From contig OZ296651.1 in the NCBI GenBank assembly GCA_965655095.1, forward strand, positions 103,106,001 through 103,170,000: 64,000 nt of DNA, written 5' to 3'. This DNA comes from Haplodiscus bocki. Its lineage: Eukaryota. Each line of letters opens with the position of its first letter. The first letter of the stretch is position 1. The notes under the pieces are model-generated. The model made no database searches and was not told where the DNA came from. It saw only the letters and a list, made by a program, of their open reading frames with translations. A program made the translations under genes and the position numbers. This document shows, piece after piece, positions 38,001 through 52,269 of this stretch.

Positions 38001-41000
38001 AAAAACGAGTTCTTTCCACGGAAAAACTTTGACATGCTATCGTATTGAACCCCGATGATTGAGGAACCCAGGATTGAAGGCTATGGTCTCGAAGAGCAGA
38101 AATCAGCCCTGCGATGATTATGGTGCCTATTAGAAGTTCGACTATAATACTTGCTGAAACTTGTTGTTGCTTCAAAGTGTAGATACTTCAAGAAATCAGA
38201 AAGACAAAACTTTTGAAACACCTTCTTTGCTATACATTTTCAGTAGCCTTACCAAAAGCATCCAACTCGGTGAAGTTTTTTTAAACCCAAGCAAACATAA
38301 GGATTTTATAGGCATTGTAAGTGAACAGTCAATGCTCAAAATTACCAAAAGCATAAAAAACTGCGGACGAAATTTGAAAATTAGGGAAGCTGTAACAAAT
38401 AGTTTATCAGATACGAACTTCAAACCAGGGGGAAAACCATCTCCAGCAACTTCTGTTCGGCGTCAACCCAGATCGCTTTTAAGTAGCAGAGAAGTTCCAT
38501 GAAAATCAATTTTTTTTGATTAAAAAAATCTAACCCCTCCTTGTTGTACTGGTTTTCCAAAGACTAGAACACTCCAACCAAAGCGCTCTAAAATAAAAAT
38601 CCGTCAAAAACAAGACAATGAGGGCATGTCAAAAATATTGGTCAAGAAGAACACAGGCGTGACGAACATTGCCCGTTGGCTTCGACTGATAAACTAAATC
38701 GCAATCTACCTGATAGATAACACTTGATATTCTGATAACGAAGCAACCTATTTGTCGGAAGACTGCAAAAAAACCAAAACATTCGAGACAAACAGAAAAA
38801 GTAGTTTTACACTACCGTTTGTGCAGAAAAACATGTTCTTTCATACAATCGTCAGCTTGCAGTGTTTGGGGTAAGCTAGCTCTTTGAAAGACTAGCCCAC
38901 TGCACACTTCTAAAACGTTGCGGAACTGCTGATGAATATATCTAGAAAATCTTTGCTTGAATTGCATGAAAAACTTGAGGAGACACTCAATTCTTTCACA
39001 TAATCATATTTACTGTTGAAAAATTTGTCAGTTGAAATAGGTCGTACTACTTCTGAGATTCAATAAACGTACTGGTTCTACCAAACTGTCAGCAGTTTTG
39101 TGGCAAAAAAACTCAAGTAGATAACAGTACCGGGGAAACTTGGTACAATTAGGTGTTTTTATGACATTTTCAAAGTAAAGCAGAGCCGAATATTTTGTGA
39201 TGACAGATGGTGAGATCTTTTTTTGCCAAAAAATTCACTGGAAGCCCCTTAAATTTCAGCCACTTTATCAGAATGGTGTCTTCTGTTATGTCTCCAAAAT
39301 TTTGGACTTTAACATTGGAAAATTTGGGGAAGTCAGAGAATCTGCAAAAAAACGAAAAAACTCCAAAAAGGCATCCTTATTTCACTCGAAGCTGTAAATA
39401 AAAAATATGATTCAAAACAACCGTTTGCAATGCGGAAATCCCATGAAATGGCTCAATAGGGTTCGCTTCGCTCGTTTCCTAATGAACGCTTGGAACGGAA
39501 ACAGATCAGCTCAAAGAGGCGTCTACGCTCCATTCGGTTTCACTCAGAGCCTTAAAAACATAAGATGAACTTGCGCTGCCCACTATGTTCGAAGCCTCGA
39601 CTAATAGGTCATCAACAGCACTTTGTTAAGAGAAATTTTTTGATCGTCTCGTGAGGCGTTTCCAGAAGATAAAAACTGTTAAACCGACGAAAAACCCTGG
39701 AAAATGCATTTTGACTTCATTCTTTAAAGATGAATTATTTCCTCATAAAAACGTTGAATTCGAAGATTTTCCGCTGACGGAACGTCCTTTAAAAATCACT
39801 GACTATCACCTCCACTGGATTAAGAATCACGTATTTTCAAAACAAAATGTCCCTCCAATCAAAAGTTTTGTCACCTCTATTTGTCCACGCAACAAGTCAG
39901 CTCACTGCCGAAAAATTTGAGCTAAAAACCGTTGGAATTACTTCTGAAGCATCTATGCGATAGAAAAAATGGCGGATAGATCCATTCATGTTGAGAAATT
40001 TTGAGGAAAACGAAAGCGAAAAATAATGAAACATATGAAATCTAATAATTTCCAAACATGTCTGGGCCGCAAAAACTATAAAGGCGTAATAATCAGATTC
40101 AAATTCTGCTGTGGGAAAGCTTCTCAACGGTCGTGAAGCTCGAAAGGAAAAAGTAATTCGCTGTTTTTTAACCCTTCTGAATCTGAGAAGCATTATTTGG
40201 TCTAAAGAATTGAAAAACTACCTTAAATAATACAGTGTTAGCTGGGGTATCAGAGCCAAGTTGAAGGTAGTCTTCAGGCTTGGAAAATTGATAACAAAAG
40301 TAAAATTGTGCTTTTTCAAACTGTTTCGGCCAGAAAGAAAACTATAAAAGCGAGAAATATTCGGGTTTTTTTTTCGTTTTATTGGCAAAACGTTAGCTCA
40401 TAGTCCTGTGGAGTTGATTTTAAAAAAATGGTTCCAATTGCAATAGACTGGGTGATATGGGCGTTTTTTCGAAAATTCTTTGGTAAAAGTCACAACTGGT
40501 AGAGGGCAAAAAATGAAAACGACAACAGAACAAAAAAATAAAGTGCTTTGCGCAAAAGTCGCAATGAGTGAAGCCATGCTGCAGATTAGCAACGTATCTG
40601 CCAGAAACTTCATTGCCCTGGAGAGTAACTTCAAGCTTAAATTTGACGCGACAATCAAGTTACCACTTCGCAAAAACCTAAACCCTCTTGTCAGCTAATA
40701 TCCCCCGTAACAGTCTTGTCCCCGTAACAGTCCCACATGATAGCCTTGCCAGTGTTTTGGCCCATGGCAACAGTCAACTTATCCCCATCAAGTCATACTG
40801 TAGAACACGTTTTCTAAGTAGAGAAAAAACAACAGAATGACGCCAAAAACTGTATTTTTCAATTTTCATTACTAACTTTGCGAACTCCACCTAACCATCA
40901 AAGTTATTTTTGGCCTTAAACATCTGTTATATGGATCTCCAATTACCATGATCTTCGTAAAGGGCAATTTTGGAGCAAGGTGTTTGAATTGCGGAACACA

Positions 41001-44000
41001 ATTGTGTGAATTCAAGAAAAATTCGTGGAGAAAAGTATCGAAAAAAAGATATTCCGATCTTTTTGCGCTAAAATTGAGACAAAAAGATATTTTTGAACTT
41101 CATAAAATATGGGGAAAAACTCCACGCGGCTTCTTATAGACAAAATGGAACAAAATTTGTAACTGTTATCTATTATCCATTTATTTTTGTTCATTTGGAA
41201 CCGTATGTAGAAATCCATTCTTCCATAAGAAGCAATGAAGTTGGGTTTTACAGGTTTTTTGCCATGATGTAGAAGATAAAATTATGCAAAACTCTCGTGG
41301 ATTCCGGAGTTTGTGTATTGGACTCTGTTTGTTTACTGGTTGTTCGTTTCTTGAGGAGACCATGCGATAAAAGTGTCCGTCTGCAAGTCTTCTATAAGAC
41401 CACTAAAACGTGACAAATTCGGATTTTCCAACTTCTCCGCTAAAATTTCAGCCAAAATTTTGCCGAGAAAAACAGCGAATTTGCCTTGATACATCATATT
41501 GTCTTTTTGTCTCCACAGAATCAGTTTACTTCTGGTTTAAACCAACCAAAGCGTTTGCAAGCCTTTAGAATGATAGAAGTGAAGTTTTCGAGAATCCTGA
41601 TTTTTCGACTTTTTTCGCAAAATTTTTCGCTACAACTTCAGTCCGAATTTTTTTCCAATAATCGGGTACGAAGACATTTTGATTTCTCATCGATAATACT
41701 AACTTTACCACATGCCGTTAGTATATAATAGGGTTGTTAATCAAAAATAACCGTTTGGTTTGAAATTTTTTAGTGTCTTCAATTTTTTTCGCAAACTATT
41801 TAGAGGCGAAAAATTTTGGAAATTGTCACTTACGACACTGCGACATTGCAGGTCAGGTTTTTGAAATCTTAGAACGCTCTGACCAATACGCTCAGAGATA
41901 TAACGCTTCAAAGTCAAGAAACGCAGAGGGCTGTCACAAACCAGAGACAGGAAAAAATAATAAAATCCAGTCCTACTTTCAAACTCCAGTAAATCGTCTC
42001 AATACGCTTCGCTCGCCTAAAAACAAAACGTTCGCATAGAGGCTTCCTCGTTTCACTCGAAGCCCTTATAAAACAATCGAAGCTTTGTGATGAGGAAACG
42101 ATGCGTTGAATATTTTGAAAGAAAACCAGAGAAACAAGAGAACCTCTAAATTACGTAGTACAAGCTGGTAAGGCCTACGGGTTAACACATTTTTTGTAAA
42201 TTTCTCAGTAAAATTTAAGACAAGCAAATATAAGATCTCAAAAATACAATTTTAAGTCACTAAGTTGATAAAAAATCTAACAGTTTCACAACATCTAAAA
42301 GATCTAATTGAGTCATTAAACGGAAATAGCCCGAACATGCTTAGTTAGATCCCGTATATAACTATGTATGGAAACAAGCGATCCCATGCGCGCCCATGTC
42401 GATTTTAACATATTTTTGGGCTTTTTGGTTTGTAATATTGCTGAATTATCAGAACCGATACGGTGCGGCCCTAAACCTTTTTTGCATCTTCTAGTCCATT
42501 TAGATAAATTTTCAGAAATGTTTCGAAAAAAAATGAATTTTGATATTTTTGGCAAACAATTGCGGAGAGATATATTTTTCATACCGATGGAATGCTTTTC
42601 AAAGGGTACTTTATACAATATCATAACTCTTCGACTACGTTAATATAATTTGATGTTATCATTTATATGTGAAGCTACCAGAGCTGTTTCAGGGCTGTTG
42701 AGCGCTGAAATTCAATTTATTAAAACTAAGATTATCAGCTCTGATCAGTTTTGGTAATTTTCATGGTCTCTGAATCATTAAATGTCGGACGGTTTTAGCA
42801 TTATATAGCGCTTATTATCTGTGAGACTTGAACCCTAACGTTGAACTAAAAAGGAATAAAATCATTGGTATACAAACCTGATAACGATCCAAAATGCCAC
42901 TTTTCTTTTCGTTCCCGTTTTTTGCGTCTTTCGACATTCTGTTGGCCAAAACAATCTCTGCTCTGAGAATTTGTCTTTGGTTATTCGAATAAACTTTAAG
43001 CTATCCAAAATAATATTATAGTAAAAGCGGCTAATTTGTGTGAGTCTATTTTCAAGCCTGCCTTCTCGGATTTCAGTCAATGAGAGGTGTTTGATGAGAG
43101 GTGAACACTCAAAAATATTTTCTAAAACTGACAAGATTAAGCGATCAGTAAGTGGCCCCCACGTACAACTTCTAGCACTCGGTTTAATAAGCACCTCTGC
43201 GGCTGTGATTTTGTAAATCTATAATTTTATAACTTTTATCACCAATTTCGTCGTACAGTATCAGTGGGTTTTTTATTTGAAAATTCTTCCCTTCAAATGC
43301 CGATAAAGACAACAGGATTTAAAAAATGTACCGAAATGTACCAGAATCAACTTTTGAACTATTAAACCACCGACAATTTTTTTGCTCATTAAACTTGTGA
43401 ACAAATTTTGAATATTTTCATTTAAAATGTGTGATTGATTTTAATAACAACAATTACACGAGAACAAAAGAACAAAAAGAACAAATATTGACCAATAAAA
43501 GCGAAAAAGATCATACATCTGTCAGAAGTATTCATGTTTTGAGCGTAAAGAACTCTTTGATCATATCTTAAGAAGCAATTGAACATTTTTTTCTGCATGA
43601 TTTACAATTGGATGACGCACATTTACCAGCTGCGTCCTCAAGTATCTGCCTTGCTGTGCTATTTTTGTGCTTTTAACACCTTTTATTGGTTATAATATTA
43701 AATACATAAAAATTATGTTATAAAAAAAGTTATTAGAGGCTCTCCATTTTCCACTTCTAAACTAGTACCAAACCAAACCATTGACAAACTAAATTGACAA
43801 ACTAAACATAGATGCGAGCGTGTCTACATTTTTGAAAAGAAAACATACGCTTTGTTAAAAAAACTACAGAAATGAAACAGACATTTTAACCATTTTAACA
43901 TGTTATATGTATCGCGTTACGAATAACACTCAAACCTTAGAGAAGGCGCTATTTAGAAATTTAAGTTTAACGAAAAGTTAAAACTAACCTCGAGAAGTTT

Positions 44001-44730
44001 CAGCCCAAAATGAACAGCCCAAAATTTGTCAGATGTCAGATAAACACCGAAAATGATTAGTGCAGTTTGCTTATTTCGTAAATAAACTTGATTTACGAGC
44101 TAGTAAAGATTACGATGGAATTAAAGTTGACTTACCAAACAGAAGTTTCGGCACAGCTACGATGAATACTTGGGCGCAAATAAAAGTCCCTGGTCACCCA
44201 GGAAATAGAAAACTGATAAAACCCAGAAACTCAGACAATACAACGGCAAAACTGGAGATTATATTTGGGGTTAAATATTTGTCGACTTTGCGGCGACATG
44301 ACGAAATTTGGAGGTTAATCGTTTGGAATTGCACAAATTGATGACGAAATTAAAGAAAAAAAAATTTCGAATTTGCCCAAATTCTATCATCAGCCTATTG
44401 GTCAGTAGGTCTGACATGCGGAATATGAACTGATTTTCTATTGGTGGCATGAAAAAACAGCATGATGCCATTTCAGCGTCATCTGGCACAACTGAAGAAA
44501 TCATTTATTCACTCACTCGCTTACCGTCAACAACTTACTCCCTTCTTCCCTCTTTCTCTTCGACTCTGGAAATCTTGAACTTTCCTCTCCTCTTTGCTCT
44601 TCTCAATCTCCAAATTTATTCTAGGTCAAATTTTGACTTAGCCGCAAAACCTCAAAAACCGTCAATCCTCGCCTTTTCACGCCGATCAAATGATCTTAAA
44701 GCAAACATTGCTATCTGCAGGCGCTCTTCT

Positions 44731-44841
44731 ATTGGACGATCACTCGATTGCGCCATAATTGGGTATAAATACCCCGTACACTCTCGTTTTGCCAATACGC
44801 TTTCTACAATCAACCAGCCTACTTCCCCGAGGCGAAACTCT
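44731..44841 (+). promoter_or_regulatory. Promoter-like cassette copy 1 (inverted CCAAT, GGGTATAAATACCC, CGAGGCGAAACTCT)
   Basis: ATTGG at 44731, TATA dyad at 44761-44774, downstream motif at 44828; same order and TATA-to-motif spacing as copy 2. Confidence 0.5.
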
Positions 44842-44902
44842 CCTCTTCTTCACCCTTATCATGATTCCCAATCAAAATCCTCATCATTGAAATAATTATA
44901 AA

Positions 44903-45402
44903 ACAAGTTCAAAACTTGTATTTGCCAAATTTCCTCATCTCTTCAACTAGAAATAATCTAGGACAATTTCGAAACTTTTCTTTGCCAAATTTCTTTATCT
45001 CTTCAACTAGAAATATTCTTAGACAATTTCAAAACTTGTCTTTGCCAAATTTCCTCATCTCTTCAAATAGAAATTTTCTCAGAAAATTTCAAAACTTGAC
45101 TTTTGCCAAATTTCCTCATCTCTTCAACTAGAAATAATCTAAGACAATTTCAAAACTTGTCTTTGCCAGATTTCCTCATCTCTTCAAATAGAAAAATTCT
45201 AAGACAATTTCAAAACTTGACTTTTGCCAAATTTCCTCATCTCTTCAACTAGAAATATTCTAAGACAATTTAAACGCTTGTCTCTGCCAAATTTCCTCAT
45301 CTCCTCAACTAAAAAAATTCAAAGACAAATTCAAAACTTGTCTTTGCCAAGTTTCCTCATCTCTTAATTTAGAATTTTTCCAGGACAATTTCAAATACTG
45401 TC
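44903..45402. repeat. 60/61-bp tandem array, 8 units
   Basis: Unit TTTGCCAAATTTCCTCATCTCTTCAACTAGAAATATTCTAAGACAATTTCAAAACTTGTC; a degraded relative lies at ~47810-47990. Confidence 0.95.
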
Positions 45403-45467
45403 TTGACCGCAGATTCTAACAAACAGAGCCAACTTACTTGCTCTCAATCTGCTTACCGAATGGTTCC

Positions 45468-45588
45468 ATTGGCTCTCGCCCAAATTTGCAAAGACACGTG
45501 ACCATCCGGGTATAAATACCCAGTGCACAACCATAATATTCATACACTCGCTACAATTCACTTGCTCAATTCCTCGAGGCGAAACTCT
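45468..45588 (+). promoter_or_regulatory. Promoter-like cassette copy 2
   Basis: ATTGG at 45468, CACGTG at 45495, GGGTATAAATACCC at 45508-45521, CGAGGCGAAACTCT at 45575. Confidence 0.5.
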
Positions 45589-46899
45589 TTTCGACCTCCT
45601 CCTCAATTCCCATCTTCTATCGCTCGATGTCTTCTCTTATCAATCCTTAGCGAGAAAACCCCAAATCATCACGATCAACCAACATCCACCTGAAGAACTC
45701 GAACTTCAACCCAACTCTTCAACTTCAATGATGTGGTGATAATTCTGTTTCTTCGGGAATAATTCTATTTCGATTTATTACAGTTGATATACAGATGTTT
45801 CTAGATATGTTACAGTTGTTAAAAGGTGATTTAATAATTGTTATAGAATTGTGAACGTTTATTCTGATAATTTTAGTGGAGGACTGCTGGTGACTTTAAA
45901 TAATTTGGATTTCTCAAATCTTACCCCTAATATTCTCACCCGTCCAAAACTTCATCTTTTACTTTGTACAAGTTGATTGCCATTTCCGTATATTCATCAA
46001 ATAATTCATTTCTTATTTCATACTCCTTCCTTGCTCACCAAGTCCTTGCTAGTAGAACTTACGCAACTTGTTTGCGCGGTTTAGCAAGGCAAATTTACCC
46101 AGCCAAAAACAGTGTAAGGTTTTGAGACTTTCTTACACGATAACGCGGACATGTGGCCGCACACGCCGCTCAGCAATATTAGCTAGCTAGAACAATAGTA
46201 AACAAATAATAACTTAGTACACCCGCGACATTTGTGTTTTGTTTATCATTCTTGATGAGAACCGAGAATGTTCAAGATATGCTGCTTATGAAATTTTTGA
46301 CGGACGGTTTTTCAATTTCCGCTCGTCAAAGGCACTCGTCTAAAAACAGAAAAAGCCTTTTATTGAAAATTCAACATTCTTCATATGTAAAGAATACTTT
46401 TTTTCACTTTTCAATCCTTCAGGTATTTTGAAAACCACTCTAACACTCTGAAATCTGAAACGAACTAAGAACCAAGAAGTTTGGAAAAAAAACAAAAATT
46501 ACAAATTTCCGTCGGCGTTTGTGAAGCAGAGAAACTATTTGTGCCGAAAATGTTTTGTCTTTACATTTTTCAAAAGTTGCATATAATCTCAGGCATTATT
46601 TAAAGACTTCCAAAGGGCACGGGTCCCATTGTTGCCCAAAAATTCAGTGCCATATCAAAGTCGGGTTTCTTTGGAAATTTTTTCAAAATTCGATCCACTC
46701 CACCCTTCGCCAAACTTTTCAAAACTTCTGGAACTTCGACGGTTACATTTTTTCGGCATTTTTGAAAACTTCTGATTTATTACTTTCCGTCGCAATATGT
46801 TTCGAAAACAAAAGTATTGTCTGACTTGTAGACTTTCTTTTCTGCGATTTGCCAATTCGTAGTAAACATGTTTACATTTCAGAAAATCTTTTCAAAACC

Positions 46900-47220
46900 C
46901 AAAATGTTCCCTTGAACACGTCGAATGCAGTTTTGACAACCCTACCGATAAGTTTTCACACAGAATCCTAACAGTTTCCGCTCAAACCCGAAAATTTATA
47001 AATTTTCCAGAAAAATTCCCCAAAAAGTTCCTCTGGACACGTAGAATGCAATGTTGGCAACATTGCCGGAAATTTATTCCGTCAAAGTCCGAAAACTCTT
47101 TGCCGAAAGTGTTAAAAAAAGTTAAGGATCTAAAAGTATTGTCATAATTTTTTCCCGAAGAACTCCTCCAGACACATTGGATGTAATTGTGAGAAACCAG
47201 TCAAAAAATTTGGGCTCAAA
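46900..47220. repeat. Degenerate satellite-like repeat (GGACACGTAGAATGCAGTTTTG core)
   Basis: Core recurs about every 120-130 bp; same family at 50280-51050. Confidence 0.65.
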
Positions 47221-50200
47221 GTCCGATTGGAAATCCAAAGTTTTAGATTGTTCGGAAACCAGCTTTGCATTACAAGTAAGGATTAAACATGAATTAATTA
47301 AATAAAGCTAACCTTTGGAAGTGATGATGGTAGGTGCCGGCGAGGAACAAAAGAAGCTGTTGGACTAAATGAAACATCGGCATTGTACAAATTTAATGTC
47401 CAAAATATTTTATATGGTACCATGCTCCTGTGGGATACAGCTGCTAAAATGCGCTTGATACGAGCCCATTTCTTATTGGTTCCAAGACAAGGCAGCATGC
47501 TCTTTTTGTGGAGTCAATCTGCGCAACCAACTTGATCATATGTTTCTTTCCCGCTTAACGGACGGGACTGCTTACTTCTCTTGACCTGCTTTCCTCTTGT
47601 CTTGTTCCCCTCCCTACTTTGTTTCTGGACGACTTTTGGAGTCCAATTTTCCTCCTCCCTTCTGTCCCTTTTTGGACAAAGTTCCTCATTAACCAACTTG
47701 CGTTTCTCCCACTGATTGTTTGGACGAATTCTCCCAAGTCTAACTTCCCTCTCCCTTCCCTCACTTCTTGGAAAATTTATTCTAAGGCCAACTCTCAGTT
47801 CTTCAAATATACTCTAAGACAATTTCAACTATTGTCTTAGGAGCAGTTTCACTTCAATTATTCAGGACTTTTCTAAAACAATTTTGGTTCTTGTCATAGC
47901 CGCATTCCAATTTCATTTCTTCAGAAAAAATCTAAGGCAATTCCCGTTCTTCCCACAGCTGCAAATTCCTATCAACTCTTCAGAAATGTTTCAACAAAGT
48001 TTCATTTTTTGATCTGCACGCAAATTCTTTGTGGGATTTTAGCGCGTCACATCAAAAAAAGAAAGAGTCGCAAGAAAAACACGCAGATCAACCGTCCCCA
48101 TCAGCAGTATCCGTTTTCTACGGATTTTGCCAATCCACGCTGAAGACATCTCTCTCACTAATTCTCAACATTTTTAGACAAATTCATACGTGAGAAAACG
48201 CTTGTTTCCCAACAAACGTTCCGAGTCCCAGAACTAGAATAAAACCCGTAAGTTTTCGGGTCTACTAGTAAATTCTTTGTGATATCACGAGGTGCGGTAG
48301 TTTCCTGCCCGACTATAAAAAATCCCCTTTAGAAATTCTGCTAAATCTCAATGTCAGTTGGAGAAAAAGGGAAATAATAAAAGACCAAACCAAATATGTG
48401 TTTAGCATAGTCTTTGTGTTCAGACAAAAATAAAACCATTTAAAGGCTAATATTCATGTAATGTTCTTGTGCGAACTCACAACTTGATGTTGATATCTTG
48501 ATCACTGATCAATTAAAGGAACAATGAAAGACCTGTCTCAGTATACTGCGGATCGCTTGCCACCAGAGTCTCTACGAAGGGTAATAATGCAAGCAACTAT
48601 TCCCCATCAACTCGCAGCTTAATCTTGATCTCTTGAACGCTGAACGAGGAACAGAAATCCTAAGATTTTAACTGGTCGACGGCAAACTTGCCTGTTACCA
48701 GGTGTAGAAAAAAAATAAAATTTCTATATGACATAAGAAAAAGCAAAACATAAAATATCATAAAAGCAACAAAAAAGCAGTGCTAGAAACGGCGAAATTC
48801 ATACTTTCTGCGCTAGCCAAAAGCTCCAAGAATATTCCATTCCATAAGCTCGTTACCATTCTTGAATATAACTCAGAATTTTCTCTGAAAGTTTCAAGAT
48901 TTCATTTCTCACAATTTTGTGATAAAATTGAGGAAAAAACTCAAAATTTTTTTGAGAATATACATCTGTCGTTTCGAAAAATTGATGTCTTGATGCCTAT
49001 TGATTTTGTCGATATAGAAACGAATTTTATATTGGTCTACATGATCTCATTGAATTCGAAAATGATTTGTATGTCCATCGTTGGTAGCGCTCGTAATTTG
49101 GAACGATGGTTACTTCCGATGCTCGAAAGTTGATGTTTGAGATTTTGAGAAAATTTACAAACAGATAGATTTTCTGTTACGGCAAAATTTGGAAATTCCT
49201 TTAAATTTTGATCGAATCAACTGTTGATAAAGGAAAATGTAGAACCCGACTGCTACTATTCTACCATTTCCCTTTTCGTCGCCTTCAGTCAATATGACTC
49301 AGTTCCAAAACATGTGCAGTTGCAATTCACTTCACACTCGAGCGCATTTCATTTCCTTTTTTAATCTGAATTATTGAATATTTCAGTTCCTTCTCCCCAT
49401 TCAGCGCCCATAAGCCCTTGCTATTGAACTTACGCTACATTTGTTGGCAAGTCCAGCAAGGCACCTAAAGTAGAAAAGGTTAAAATTCTAGGGACTCTTT
49501 CTGTTTATTGGTAAAACTCCACAGCCGTTGTGTTAATTTTGACAACAAACGGAGCGTTAGTCACGCACCGCTGTGAGCGAGAGTGAAAATAAGAACCAAA
49601 AAATCATTCCGTTTTCAATCTTTTCTCTCCTACCCTCTCATACCCTGGCGAAAACAGTAGAAGCAAAAATTCCATAGATTTTTCATAAACTTTCATTGAT
49701 GTTTTTTTTGTTTTCAAAGTGGGCCAATAGATGAAAAGTTAGGACTACGCCAATTTTGGCCATTTTAAAGCGAGGTCGTGATGTTTTTCTCGAAAAATTC
49801 GTAAACTGAAAATATACCGGAAGCATTCAGGAGCATATTTGTAGCTTTGAATCTTTCCCAAAACTTCTGACCCTAACACTTTATGAGACATGAAGTAGTT
49901 GGAAGTTTACGTTCTTTAACGGAAGTGATTTTTTTATACATTCAGTTATTAAAACGTTCATCTTTTTGGAGTACAAAACTCAGCAGACTGATGAGGCCAA
50001 AAGTTTCAGGATTGATTTTTCTATTTTTTCCCTTTTATCGCTACCAAGTTCTTGCTGTTTGAATTCACACAAATTTTGTTCGGGAGACCAGCAAAAAACA
50101 GAAAGTAGGAAAGATAAAAGCTTCAAAGATCTTCTTGTTTATTGACGAACAACTGACGCGCCGCAGCAGCTGTGTTCGCTTAGACAACAATCGTAGCGTT

Positions 50201-50279
50201 AGTCACGCACCGATATAAGCGAGACTGAAAAACAGAACCAAATGATATTTTCAATCCCGTGCCCGCGGCACAGCTGGAA

Positions 50280-51050
50280 AAGTTTCTCCAGACACGTAGA
50301 ATTCAATTTTAGCTACCTGGCCGAAATTTTATCGGCCAAATATTGAAAAAGTTTGTGAATGTGAAGAATTTTGTTCAAAAGACATATTCCCAAAAATGTT
50401 CTTCCGCACACATAAAATGCAGTAGTGGCAACTATGCTGAACATCTTTCTCACGAACTTCGAAAATTTTCAACTCAAACCTCAATAATGTTATCAATATA
50501 TCAATAAAATATCATATAATATTTTTTTTTCAAAAAGTTTCCTCAACATCTTCCGCCGGACACGTAGAATGCAGTTTTGGCAACGTTGCCCAAAAAGTTT
50601 GCATCAACGTCCCAATAAGGATCCAAAGTTTTCGAATTTTCAAAAAACTGAAGAAAATCCTCCAGACACGTGGAATGCAATTTCAAACTACCCTATTTAA
50701 TTAAAGTTGTTGCTAGATCTACGAAGACTTTTTTGCCCAAAGTGAGAGAAGTTTTCGCTCAAAGTCTGATAATTGTTCACTCAAAATCCCATAAACTTTA
50801 CAAAAAATTAAATATTTTTTTCGGAAAATTGTCCCCAAATGGTTCTTCCAGACACAAGGAGAGCAGTCTTGAGAACCATGCCAAAATTTTTCTGTCCAAT
50901 TTATGAATATTTTGTGCTCAAAGTTGGAAAAGGTTTCACTCAGAGTCCAAAAAATTTTCTCTCAAAATCCGGAGAAAATTGTCAATAGATAATTCTCTTT
51001 TAAAAATTTTTGCCCCAAACCTATCCTGTGGACACGCAGAATTTAGTTTT
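50280..51050. repeat. Degenerate satellite-like repeat (GACACGTAGAATGCA core), ~6 copies
   Basis: Cores near 50290, 50410, 50560, 50665, 50850 and 51030. Confidence 0.7.
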
Positions 51051-52269
51051 AAGAGTACTGAATACTGTCTTTTAATATACAAGCTGTGCTAAAATCCTAT
51101 ATCACATGAACTCGTCTTGCTATTCAAGAACAGGGAGCGAATATTAGTTAGGCCTCCGTTACTGCCCGAGTCTTTCGAACTACTTGCGTCTACTAACTCG
51201 GCGAAAGTTTTGACAAACTTTCCTGTTTTGTTCAGCGTTTCGAAACAAGACAACTCTGGTACGTATGTAAAAACGTAATTAGGACTATTGAAAAATGAAG
51301 TTTTGACTTGTCTACGTTGACTTTTTACGGAGAAAACGGGAACTAGAACTTTTTCTGATAATTTTAACATTGTTAAAGGAATTCAGTAAAGAGGCATGAC
51401 ATCTGGTATACGTATAGTACGTACGTATAACCCAATTGGATCCAGTCGCTATCGTGTGTACTTACTTATTACCAGTTCAACTTATTGCCAGATAGCGGTC
51501 TTCAAAATTAGTCAAAAGACCACTTCAGCACCTGCTGGTTTCAAGTACCCTCAACTTTAATATCGCATATTCCCACTTTTTGCTGAGCAGAGTACTGAGT
51601 TTTTTCATTTTGACTTAAGATTTTTGGTAAAAATGATGTTTTGAATGAAATTATCAGTAACTTCTCTACATAATGCAAAATTGCTCAGGATTTATTCATT
51701 TCAGGTTCCTATACTATTTTGGCACCACTGAAAAGTTTTTCAAGTTCATGGTTCGTTTTCATTCTGTCACGAGTTTCTGACCTCATTACAGCTGTGGTCA
51801 TTCAAAGTCTACTTCTTTCTGCGTTCTTGTACTACTGACGTCTTTTGAAATTCTGTACCGCGCTGCTTTCTCAGTCGTGCTTTATTTTGGGTTGCGTTAT
51901 TGCTTGTATGACTTGTTCAATGAACCGGTTGGTGTGTTGTAATAGTGATAACTTTCTGTTTGTTCAAAGCATGCATTTTATCATGAATTTTGACTGCATG
52001 TTTGTTCTGCTAAACTGGTGATTCATTTGTCAGGGTGCGTCTATTCGATTAGGTATAATAGGTAGTCGTAACGCAAATCGCGATATTGAGTGTGACAATG
52101 TGAAGTTTTTACAGAAAATTGTCGCGCAAGTTCCCGTAATTCAGCATCAGGTTCCAACATGTGTTCCAGTTTCAGCTTTTCAGGACCAATGCATAGCTGA
52201 GAAACAGTCGCGCTCGTTTACTTCACGATTACGTAATTTGACCGTTTTTAAAGACATTGCTAGACAAAA

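Noticed and set aside
36300-38700. Coding-like decayed sequence, possibly a transposase
   Set aside because: No catalytic motif or family could be recognised by eye.
39125-40735. Possible TIR or Helitron-like element (TACCGGGGAA.. / ..CCCCCGTA, GCTTCGC hairpins also near 42005)
   Set aside because: End similarity is too short and there is no clear TSD.
44916-45131. 20-aa repeat (LRR-like) protein from the 60-bp array
   Set aside because: 61-bp units break the frame and there is no proper LxxLxLxxNxL pattern.
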